A DNA stretch of 63,969 bases, filler included, from an uncultured Gemmatimonadota bacterium (GTDB taxonomy: Bacteria; Blakebacterota; Blakebacteria; Blakebacterales; Blakebacteraceae), in assembly GCA_964576115.1 (NCBI GenBank). It is 3 parts of 3 records of this genome, joined end to end, with 100 filler letters (N's around TTAATTAATTAA, not from the genome) between each part and the next. Parts side by side here need not be neighbours in the genome. Positions count along the whole stretch, not along the records: positions 26,588 to 52,115 come from CAZNUA010000049.1; 2 more parts are not named here. The stretch is one strand, 5' to 3'. The translations under genes and the position numbers were made by a program. Of the stretch, positions 28,376 through 36,857 are shown in pieces. The notes under the pieces are model-generated. The model ran no database searches, was not told the DNA's origin, and saw only the letters and a list, made by a program, of their open reading frames with translations. Each line of letters starts with the position of its first letter. Position 1 is the first letter of the stretch.

Positions 28376-29330
28376 GTGGAGAGTCTGATCGTCATAGGTA
28401 TCGTCGTTCTCTGGGGGTTGCTGGCGCTGCTGCTGCTCGTCGGCCTGCTGGCCCGGGCGCGTCACCTGCTCCTGCGGCCGATCCCGCGCGAGGAGGCTCC
28501 GGCGGTCGACTGCCGGGCCTGCCGTCTGCCCTTCCACGCCGCCTCGTGGAAGTGCGGGAGGTGCGGAGCCTTCCTGCGTCCCTGGCCTTTCTACATGCTG
28601 GGCCGTCTTCTTGAACCCCTCCTCATTCTTTTCATCCTGCCCTGGATCATCCTGATCGGTTCTCTTCTCTCGCTCCTGGTCGGCCTGGTGCATTTCATCC
28701 TGCCCGCCCAGGGGGGTAGCCTCGAACGCCTGACCGCCCGGCTGGGCAACTGGATTTCCCCGGTCTTCGCCCGCTGGGTACCGCCCCGGTGGCGGCTTTA
28801 CTCCGAGGCGCCCCGGCTCGAACCGGCCGAAATCGACACCCCCATCGACACCGCGCTGGAGGCATCGTTCATCCTGGGCGGAGCCCTGCTCGGCAGCGAG
28901 GAAGGTGAACTCACCGCCGTGGCCTTCGCCCCTTCGGAAGAAACCCTCGATCTGCTGCGCCGTGAGAAGGGGGGGATCCACGAGCTGTGGGGCTATGTGG
29001 CCGGCGACCGGGTACTTACGCCCGTCTTTTCGGACCAGATCATCGGCGCCCTCATGCGCGGCGAAGATCTGACCAGGTATGTCGACGGTCTCGATCTGCA
29101 TCTGGATCAGCCCGGGCGCGAGCTCGAGATCGAACCCTCCGAACGCATCGAACGCGACGGCCGAACGGTTCCGCCCTGGCGCTTCAGGATCCGACGGCTG
29201 ACCGACATTAAGGGAGAGTATCCTCTGCTGTGGGAGGTCGACGCTGATCCCGCGACCCTGCTCAGAATCCAGGCCCTGATCGAGGAACTGGTGACCTGGG
29301 ACACCCTGCCCTGCCAGCTGGTCTTTCGCT
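28376..29330 (+). CDS. Hypothetical membrane protein with CxxC...CxxC ribbon, 3'-truncated by gap
   Basis: N-terminal TM, CRAC..WKCGRCG, further TM segment; runs into Ns at 29331. Confidence 0.6.
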
Positions 29331-29430
29331 NNNNNNNNNNNNNNNNNNNNNNNNNNNNNNNNNNNNNNNNNNNNNNNNNNNNNNNNNNNNNNNNNNNNNN
29401 NNNNNNNNNNNNNNNNNNNNNNNNNNNNNN
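29331..29430. other. Assembly gap
   Basis: 100 N. Confidence 0.98.
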
Positions 29431-29811
29431 GGCTTCTACAGCCACGACCGGCTCGACAACAACAAGGTGCCGAGTGCGGAGGAGATCATCCCGGAGTATC
29501 AGTCCGTCGCCGTGGGTGACCGGATACCGCTGACCGCGAGCGGGTATATGAAGGTCGAATCGATACAGGCCGACAGTTTCCTCTGCGTGGCCTGTCCCGA
29601 CCAGGGTGAACCCTGGTTCACCTGGGTCTGGGGGCTCTATCCCGTGGAGGATGGACAGACCCGCCTCGTGGTGCGACTGCGCTGGCACCAGGAGCAGTGG
29701 CTGCACACGGTTACGATCCGCCTGTTCGAGATCATCATGATGAAGCGGCATATGAAGGGAATAAAAAAACGCGCCGAATCCCTGGTGCGGACAATCAACC
29801 GGACCGGGTGA
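29431..29811 (+). CDS. Conserved hypothetical (SRPBCC-like) protein, 5'-partial
   Basis: Open from the gap edge: GFYSHDRLDN..SAEEIIPEYQ..VGD, TW.W.L.P...TRLVVR, MM.RHMKGIKKRAE. Confidence 0.6.
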   Translation, partial: GFYSHDRLDNNKVPSAEEIIPEYQSVAVGDRIPLTASGYMKVESIQADSFLCVACPDQGEPWFTWVWGLYPVEDGQTRLVVRLRWHQEQWLHTVTIRLFEIIMMKRHMKGIKKRAESLVRTINRTG

Positions 29812-29828
29812 TCGGGGTATGACACGGA

Positions 29829-31124
29829 TCAGGTGAGCAGGGCGGTCACCGGGTCGAGCAGGGTGCCCTCTGAATCGAAGCGCAGGGTCTCGCCCCGCCC
29901 CAGCACCTCCAGGTCGTCGCGCCGGGTGACTTCGTCTTCATAGGCCCGGCTCACCCGCAGGATCTCGAGATTCAGGGTGTCGGCGATGTGCATGATACGT
30001 GCCGAGTCGGGCTCGATCAGACCGCAGGTCGACAGAGCCGTTTCCAGGCACTCCCGGTCGGTTTCGAGCACGATCGGGCAGCGGGCCTTGTAGGGCACCA
30101 GGGCGGTGATGGCATTCAGCCGGGTTTTATCCCAGTCGATGGCGTCATAGAGCCGGCGGGGGATGAAATCGACCAGGCCGACCCCCAGGGCATTGCCGTG
30201 GGTTTCGGGGGTCAGGGCGCGCACCACGAGTCGGGTCACCTCGGCCGGCGGCGGTCGCAGATCCTGGCGGCGCTCCCAGGCGTCGAGACTGCCCCGGCCG
30301 GTCACGTTCGGATCGACTCCCACCCCGCTCAGGTTCTTGCCCATCCGGTCCACGAGCAGGACGTCGGCGCTTTCGAAGGGCAGGCGTGCCATGAGCCGGA
30401 TCGCTTCACCGAGCAGTTCGGCCTCGCGCGAAAAGATCTCGTCGACCGCCACGGCCGCAATCCGGGCGGTCTGCTCCCGGGCGTTCTCGATGATCGCCAG
30501 ACCCCCGACCACGTTGGTGCGCCGCACGACCACCGATACCGCCTCGCGGGCCAGGGTGGAGAACCCGGTCTGGACCGCGGCCCGGTGATAGAGCGCCGCC
30601 CCCTCGAGCTTGCCCAGCCCGATCAGCATCATCTTCAACAGACCGCTCTCGACCTCACCCCGGAACTCGGTGTGGGGTTTGACGCGGTTAACGATGAGAA
30701 TGGCGTCGGCCTCGGCCGCGTGCCGGTCGACGTGTACCGGCAGGCCGCGGGTCGTCTCGCCCACCACGACCGTCTTCATCGAAGCCCGGATCGGAGCTCC
30801 GACCGCCCCCTCGGTAATACCGAGCGAATCCAGTACCTCGAGCTGACCCGGGGCGGTGCCGCCGCCGTGACTGCCCATGGCGGGAACCAGGAAGGGCTCG
30901 AAGCCCATCTCGCGCAGAGCGCCGACGATCGAACCGACGATCGGGACCAGGTCGTGGATGCCGCGGCTGCCGACTGGAAGAGCGATAGACGCTCCCGCGG
31001 GCACACGGCGTACCAGGTCGAGTTTTTCCAGTTCGCGAGGTACCGCCTCTTCGGGAGGGGCCTCCCGTTCGGCAGCGAAGTGACGTTTGACGGTGAGCAT
31101 CTCAGGGTACGTCATGGCAGACAT
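29829..31124 (-). CDS. Lactate-racemase (LarA N-terminal)/DUF362-like domain protein
   Basis: VGSRGI, VPAMGSHGG, NRVKPHT, ESGLLKM..IGLGK, MGKNLSG.G.D.NV.GR. Confidence 0.7.
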   Translation of the reverse strand: MSAMTYPEMLTVKRHFAAEREAPPEEAVPRELEKLDLVRRVPAGASIALPVGSRGIHDLVPIVGSIVGALREMGFEPFLVPAMGSHGGGTAPGQLEVLDSLGITEGAVGAPIRASMKTVVVGETTRGLPVHVDRHAAEADAILIVNRVKPHTEFRGEVESGLLKMMLIGLGKLEGAALYHRAAVQTGFSTLAREAVSVVVRRTNVVGGLAIIENAREQTARIAAVAVDEIFSREAELLGEAIRLMARLPFESADVLLVDRMGKNLSGVGVDPNVTGRGSLDAWERRQDLRPPPAEVTRLVVRALTPETHGNALGVGLVDFIPRRLYDAIDWDKTRLNAITALVPYKARCPIVLETDRECLETALSTCGLIEPDSARIMHIADTLNLEILRVSRAYEDEVTRRDDLEVLGRGETLRFDSEGTLLDPVTALLT

Positions 31125-31300
31125 AAGATGGGCGCCGGAACCGCCTGCGGGCCAGCGGAAATATACCTCGGTCCAGACCGGCTCGGTGTCGGGGGGGATT
31201 GCGATAATCCCCGCAACAGCCGCCGCTGTCGAGGTCGACCCGGAAATGTATGGGCCCGGGTTTTAGATGGTGCCATCGCGAGCGGAGGAAAGCCTGCCCG

Positions 31301-32128
31301 ATGATCGAGCGTGAAGAACTGGAGCGGCTTTTCCGGGAAGCGAACCGGAAAGCCGAGGCCCGTCAGTACAACAGTGCCATCGCCGTCTACCGCCAGGTGA
31401 TCACTCTGGCCGGCGACGACGACCCCCTGGCCGCCGAATGCGCTCATTGGGGGATCGGTGAAGCTTCTCTTTCGGCGGGCAACTACCCCGAAGCGCTCGT
31501 AGCGCTGCAATCAGCCCTGGCCATCAATCCGGTCGAAGCGGCGTATCATTATCTGCTCGGCGTCGTATATACCCGACTGGGAGCACGCGACGAAGCCCTG
31601 GCCGCTCTGGGCCGGGCGTTCGAGTTGGAACCGCGTAAACCCAAGGTACTACGCGGTTACGGCTGGGCTCTGCACCGGTTTGGATACCACCGGAGGGGTA
31701 TGACGATGCTACACCAGGCTCTGGCAAATAATCCCGATGACACACTGACCCTGACCGAACTCGGCTGGGCGTACGCCCTCGAAGGTCGGTACCCGGAATC
31801 GCTTGTCTGCCTGGAGCGGGCCCGGGAGTGCGATCCGGTTTCCTTCAGTATCACAGCGGCGCTGGCCACCGTCGAACGACTCGATTCCAATCCGCCCTCG
31901 AGCGGGTTCATTCCCGCCACCGGTCCGATCCTGCTCACGGTCGACGACGATTGGGATGACGAGGACGAGATCTGGGACGACGATGATGACGGCGATGACG
32001 AGGCTGACTGGGACGAGGAGTGGGAAGACGAGGATGACGATGACGGGTGGGACGGTGAAGGCGAAGATGAGAACTGTGAGGACGACGAGGAGTGGGAGGA
32101 TGACGATAACGAGATAGATATCAGCTGA
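31301..32128 (+). CDS. TPR protein with long Asp/Glu/Trp tail
   Basis: GGAGG SD before MIEREEL; several TPR helical repeats; about 60-aa acidic C-terminus. Confidence 0.75.
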   Translation: MIEREELERLFREANRKAEARQYNSAIAVYRQVITLAGDDDPLAAECAHWGIGEASLSAGNYPEALVALQSALAINPVEAAYHYLLGVVYTRLGARDEALAALGRAFELEPRKPKVLRGYGWALHRFGYHRRGMTMLHQALANNPDDTLTLTELGWAYALEGRYPESLVCLERARECDPVSFSITAALATVERLDSNPPSSGFIPATGPILLTVDDDWDDEDEIWDDDDDGDDEADWDEEWEDEDDDDGWDGEGEDENCEDDEEWEDDDNEIDIS

Positions 32129-32180
32129 GGTTCACCGGTCAGCATCGGTTCTCGTGTGGTGCGCCATGCCTGGCGCACCA

Positions 32181-32225
32181 TAAAAAAGACCCGGTCCGCA
32201 CGAAAGGGACCGGGCCTTTTTCTTT
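32181..32225. terminator. Bidirectional intrinsic terminator
   Basis: AAAAAAG-(A)CCCGGTCC...GGACCGGG(C)-CTTTTT between convergent genes. Confidence 0.8.
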
Positions 32226-32232
32226 CCCTCTT

Positions 32233-33165
32233 TTACAGCTCGACGAGCTCGAGCTGCTCCTTGACGTGAGCGGCACTGGTGTGCAGGGCTTCCCGCTCGG
32301 TATCGGTCAGTTCGACCTCAATGATCCCCTCCAGACCGTTCGCTCCGATCTTGCAGGGAACGCCGACGAAGGTGCCCTCGATCCCGTACTCGCCCTCGAG
32401 GTAGGCCGAGCAGGGCAGGATCCGCTTCTTGTCACGTACGATGCTTTCGACCATCTGTGCGGCAGCTACGCCGGGGGCGTAGTAGGCACTGCCGGTCTTG
32501 AGCAGACCGACGATCTCGCCGCCGCCCTTGCGGGTGCGCTCGACCAGAGCCTCGATGTCATCGGCCCCCAAAAGTTGCGGAAGCGGGATCCCGCCGATCG
32601 TGGTGTAACTGGGAAGCGGTACCATGCTGTCTCCGTGACCGCCCAGTACCATGGCCTGGATGTCCTCGACCGAAACATCGAGCTTCATGGCAATGAAGGA
32701 GCGGAATCGGGCGGTGTCGAGAATCCCCGCCATACCGAAGACCCGGTTCTTCGGGAAGCCCGAAACCTTCCAAGACACCCAGGTCATCACGTCGAGCGGA
32801 TTGGCGACCATGATGATGATCGCATCGGGGCTCGCCTTGGCGGCCCCGGCCGTCACGGCCTTGGCGATCGCCACATTGGCGTCCCTCAGGTCATCGCGAG
32901 ACATGCCGGGTTTGCGCGGCATGCCCGAGGTAATGACGACGATATCGCTGCCTTCGCTCGGACCGTAGTCGTTCGCGCCGGTGATCCGGGTGTCGAAGCC
33001 GGAAACCGGTGCGGATTCCCACATGTCAAGAGCTTTGCCCTGAGGCATGTCCTCGATGATGTCGACCAGGACGATCTCTCGGGCCAACTCTTTCAGAGCA
33101 CAGTACTGGGTAACAGTGGCACCGACATGTCCGGCGCCGACAACGGTAATCTTCTGTGCACCCAC
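32233..33165 (-). CDS. mdh: Malate dehydrogenase (LDH-like)
   Basis: [40 protein letters not shown]. Confidence 0.95.
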   Translation of the reverse strand: MGAQKITVVGAGHVGATVTQYCALKELAREIVLVDIIEDMPQGKALDMWESAPVSGFDTRITGANDYGPSEGSDIVVITSGMPRKPGMSRDDLRDANVAIAKAVTAGAAKASPDAIIIMVANPLDVMTWVSWKVSGFPKNRVFGMAGILDTARFRSFIAMKLDVSVEDIQAMVLGGHGDSMVPLPSYTTIGGIPLPQLLGADDIEALVERTRKGGGEIVGLLKTGSAYYAPGVAAAQMVESIVRDKKRILPCSAYLEGEYGIEGTFVGVPCKIGANGLEGIIEVELTDTEREALHTSAAHVKEQLELVEL

Positions 33166-33195
33166 GGGATTCGCCCTTTCGTTTGGATCTTTCGT

Positions 33196-33462
33196 TTAGT
33201 TGGAGACCTCAACGGGTTCGACGCGTACCTGTTTCCGGTTCCGTCCCCGGCGCTCGAATACCACCGTCCCGTCCACGAGTGCGAAGAGGCTGTCGTCCCC
33301 ACCGCGGCCCACATTGGGGCCGGGGTGGATTCTGGTTCCCCTCTGCCGCACCAGAATTGTTCCCGCCGTCACCGTCTGGCCGCCGTAGCGTTTCACACCC
33401 AGGAACTGCGGTTGACTGTCACGCCCGTTCCGGCTCGAACCGACACCTTTCTTGTGTGCCAT
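33196..33462 (-). CDS. rpmA: 50S ribosomal protein bL27
   Basis: [16 protein letters not shown]...VRQRGT. Confidence 0.98.
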   Translation of the reverse strand: MAHKKGVGSSRNGRDSQPQFLGVKRYGGQTVTAGTILVRQRGTRIHPGPNVGRGGDDSLFALVDGTVVFERRGRNRKQVRVEPVEVSN

Positions 33463-33476
33463 GGTATCCTCCCGAC

Positions 33477-33794
33477 CTAGGCCGTCGTGACCTTCGTCAC
33501 AACGGCTTCGGTGAAGCGCTGCCGGTGGCCGATGAGCCGGCGGTATTTCTTGCGCCGTTTCTTCTTCACGATGGTTACCTTCCGGTCCCGACCGTGACCC
33601 AGAATCTCCAGGCTGACGTTCGCCCCCGGAACCTCCGGCGTACCGATGGCGGTGTCCTTCTCGCTGCGCAGCAGCAAAACCCGATCGGCATCCACCTTTG
33701 TACCAGCCTCAAGCCCGTCGTGGAAGGGAATCCGTATGACGTCCCCTTCGCTGACGACCATCTGCAGGCCTTTGATCTCGATTACTGCGTACAC
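33477..33794 (-). CDS. rplU: 50S ribosomal protein bL21
   Basis: (M)[34 protein letters not shown] start at 33794. Confidence 0.95.
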   Translation of the reverse strand: MYAVIEIKGLQMVVSEGDVIRIPFHDGLEAGTKVDADRVLLLRSEKDTAIGTPEVPGANVSLEILGHGRDRKVTIVKKKRRKKYRRLIGHRQRFTEAVVTKVTTA

Positions 33795-33977
33795 CCCGAT
33801 CCCTCCATCTGTTGCGGGATCTCCCACCGTACCGGCCGCCTCAGCGGCCGGACATGGCAAAGAACGCCCTTTGGTACCCGCTGTCAAGTTTCCTGGACCT
33901 CGTCGTCCCGTACTTACTGTACGCCGCACAAGGGAACGCAACTGTCAACGCCGAGATTGCCGGACAGACCCGCCGTA

Positions 33978-35573
33978 TCAGGTCACGAATTCGGAGGTCA
34001 CATACCGTTTGCGCCGCACACTGTAGACCTCGAAATCGTCGGCCGGCAGTTTCGGGTTCTCCTCGACCTGAACCCGCAACCGGAACCGACTCTGTATCAT
34101 CCGTACCAGGCGACCGTTCTCCTCCTGCAGGTGAGCGGCCACTTCGGGATGGACTTCGAGCCGGTACTTGCGGTCACGCGAACCGACCCGGGCCCGCTGG
34201 AACCAGCGCTCGATCTTGGTCGTCACCGTCTCACGGCTCAAAACCCGTCCGGTTCCGCTGCAGGTCGGGCAGGTCTCCGAGAGGGTGTGGTAGAGACTGG
34301 GCCGGACCCGCTGACGGGTCAGTTCCACCAGACCGAATTCCGAGAAGTCGGAGATATTGAATTTGGCCCGGCCCTGTTTCATGCCGGCCCGCAGCTCCCC
34401 GAGCACCTGCCGCTGGTGACCGGGATCGTCCATGTCGATGAAATCGACGACCACGATGCCGCCGATATCGCGCAGACGCAGCTGCCGGGCGATTTCCTTG
34501 GCAGCTTCGATGTTGGTTCGCAGAATCGTCTGAGCCTGATCCTTCGAGCCGACATAGCGGCCGGTGTTGACATCGACGCAGACCATTCCCTCGGTATGCT
34601 CGATGATGATGTTCCCGCCCCGTTTGAGCCAGACTTTGCGATCCATCGTCTTCTTGATCTCAGGCTCGATATCGTACTTGTCGAAGATCGGCTCTTTACC
34701 TCGGTACAGATGCACGCGGTCGAGCAGATGCGGAGCCACATCGCGCAGGTAGCGTCTGGTCTCGTCGTAAATCCTCTTGGAGTCCACCATCAGGCGCGAA
34801 ATGTGCGCCCCGAAGACGTCCCGGATGATGCTGGTCGCAAAACCGGTCTCTTCGTGCAGCCGGCTTGGCGCCGGCAGGGTCTGGTAATTGCGCTGGATGT
34901 CTTCCCAGCGTTTGACCTGGCGTTCCAGATCGCTCTGGATGGCCTTCTGGTCTTTACCTTCGGCTTCGGTCCGCAGGATGACACCGAGCTGTTTCGGCTT
35001 GATGTTGCGGACGATCCTGTAGAGGCGCCGGCGTTCGTTCCGGTCGGATATCTTGCGGCTGATGCCGATCTTGGAATCGGCTGTCAGCAGGACGAGAAAC
35101 CGTCCGGGGAGGCTGACCTGGGTCGTGAGGCGCGGTCCTTTGGTACCGATCGGCTCCTTGGTGACCTGAACCATGATGTCCTGGTTCCGGTTGAGCCGCT
35201 GTTCGATCGGCCGATGTTCGCTGTTCCCCTTCTGCGAGCGGGAGCGGCTGCGGCGCGAACCGTTACGCCCCTTTTTCTGGCCGCCATCCTCGGAATCATC
35301 ATCCTCTTCGTATTCCACGTCGAGGGTGGCGGTGATCTCTTCCATCCGGGCTGAAACATCGGAGACATGCAGGAAAGCGCTCATCTCCAGACCGATGTCC
35401 ACGAATGCGGCCTGCATGCCCGGCAACACAGTCTTGACAACGCCCTTGTACACGTTTCCAACGATACGGACGTTGTCGGGCCGCTCGACATCAAGTTCGA
35501 CCAGCTGGCCATCCTCCAGCAACGCGATGCGCTCTTCGGTAGCACCGACGTTGATGAAGATCTCTTTTTTCAC
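33978..35573 (-). CDS. rng: Rne/Rng family ribonuclease (RNase G-size)
   Basis: GNVYKG.V..VLPGMQAAFVDIG; DVNTG; LRDIGGIVVVDFIDM; CPTCSGTG. Confidence 0.93.
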   Translation of the reverse strand: MKKEIFINVGATEERIALLEDGQLVELDVERPDNVRIVGNVYKGVVKTVLPGMQAAFVDIGLEMSAFLHVSDVSARMEEITATLDVEYEEDDDSEDGGQKKGRNGSRRSRSRSQKGNSEHRPIEQRLNRNQDIMVQVTKEPIGTKGPRLTTQVSLPGRFLVLLTADSKIGISRKISDRNERRRLYRIVRNIKPKQLGVILRTEAEGKDQKAIQSDLERQVKRWEDIQRNYQTLPAPSRLHEETGFATSIIRDVFGAHISRLMVDSKRIYDETRRYLRDVAPHLLDRVHLYRGKEPIFDKYDIEPEIKKTMDRKVWLKRGGNIIIEHTEGMVCVDVNTGRYVGSKDQAQTILRTNIEAAKEIARQLRLRDIGGIVVVDFIDMDDPGHQRQVLGELRAGMKQGRAKFNISDFSEFGLVELTRQRVRPSLYHTLSETCPTCSGTGRVLSRETVTTKIERWFQRARVGSRDRKYRLEVHPEVAAHLQEENGRLVRMIQSRFRLRVQVEENPKLPADDFEVYSVRRKRYVTSEFVT

Positions 35574-35696
35574 GTACTCTCTCGCCCCCTCCGGCGATCG
35601 CTCCTTTGTGGGTTCTGAGGGGTTGGAGCAGATTCCAGTACGGGTGGAGGGCCCAGGTATCCGAACGAGTCTGCGTGGCCGGTAAAGAAGCGGGGC

Positions 35697-35894
35697 CTAG
35701 CTGAATACTTCTGATTCGTTACACGAACAGTAGCTCTGCATGGTCCTGCGGAATCGCAGGGCCCCGGTCCGCTCGGAGACCGTGGGAGAAATGACCAGAA
35801 CGGGCTTGATGGTCTCTCCACACTGTGGACAGAGATCGCCTCTCTGCTCCCGTGCCTTGGCGATCTTATCCGCGAATGTTTTCCCTTTAGCCAT
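35697..35894 (-). CDS. Small basic Cys4 protein, 65 aa (possible bL38/DUF4295-related)
   Basis: AAGGA SD; MAKGKTFADK; CPQC...CSC; SERTGALRF. Confidence 0.65.
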   Translation of the reverse strand: MAKGKTFADKIAKAREQRGDLCPQCGETIKPVLVISPTVSERTGALRFRRTMQSYCSCNESEVFS

Positions 35895-36049
35895 GGGAAT
35901 CGGATCCTTCGCTGGCGGTACCCGGGGCTCAGAGCCCCGGGAACCGGCCGGAAATGCTGTCAGAGCATCGTCTCAGGATCAGCTCAACCGGCCACAAACT
36001 CACAGAAATAATAAGTTCGCTCTGAAACAGGAGAGTGTCAAACGTATTG

Positions 36050-36856
36050 TCAGGACTCCGCCGTATGGGCCGCTTCGGCCAGCTCGGTCAAGAGACCGCT
36101 CTCCCAGGCTCCTTCCAGGGCGCTGCCGACGACCACGACCGCGGCTCCCGCCACGACCCGCTCCCGTACCGCGTCCGCATCCCTGATCCCCCCCCCGACA
36201 AAGAGGGGGAGTCCGGTCGCTCCGGCTACGGCCTCGACCATCTCCACCGGCACCGCCAGTTCTGCCCCCGATCCGCTGTCGAGATAGACACAGCGCATTC
36301 CCAGGTAACGCGCCGCCAGAGCATGGGCTACCGCCAGATCGGGTTTCGAGCGGGGCAGCGGCGGTGTCATCGACATGTACTGCGCACTGGTAATCGGACC
36401 CGATTCGACCAGCAGGTAGGCGGTCGGGACGGTTTCCAGACCGAGAGCGTGAATCCGGGGGGCGGCGGTTACCTGCTGTCCGATCAGGTACTCCGGATTG
36501 CGTCCCGAGACCAGACAGAGAAAGAGCATGGCATCGGCCTCGCCGCAGACCTGGTCGGCTCCCCCGGGAAAGAGGACGACCGGTAGATCGCCCCCCTCTT
36601 TCGCCGCTCTGACTGCCGGTACGAAACCGTCGCCGAGCATCAGGCTCGAACCGATGAGAATCAGGTCGGCCCCGGCCGTGGTCGCTGCCGCAGCGGCCCG
36701 CGCGATTTCTTGAGGGGTACTGCGATCGGGATCGCAGACGACCGCCAGGCACCCTCCCCGGTCGGCAGTGCGGTCGTGCAGAAACAGTTCGATCGGTCCG
36801 GGCTTCGTGGGGCCGGTCGCTAATGGCCCGGAAGGCATCGGTGCGGGACGGGTCAT
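36050..36856 (-). CDS. Geranylgeranylglyceryl-phosphate synthase (PcrB/GGGPS family, group II-like)
   Basis: DPD, IGSS, VVLFPG, SGRNPEYLIGQQV, TAYLLVESG, YLDSGSGA, VGGGIR. Confidence 0.88.
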   Translation of the reverse strand: MTRPAPMPSGPLATGPTKPGPIELFLHDRTADRGGCLAVVCDPDRSTPQEIARAAAAATTAGADLILIGSSLMLGDGFVPAVRAAKEGGDLPVVLFPGGADQVCGEADAMLFLCLVSGRNPEYLIGQQVTAAPRIHALGLETVPTAYLLVESGPITSAQYMSMTPPLPRSKPDLAVAHALAARYLGMRCVYLDSGSGAELAVPVEMVEAVAGATGLPLFVGGGIRDADAVRERVVAGAAVVVVGSALEGAWESGLLTELAEAAHTAES

Positions 36857-36857
36857 C

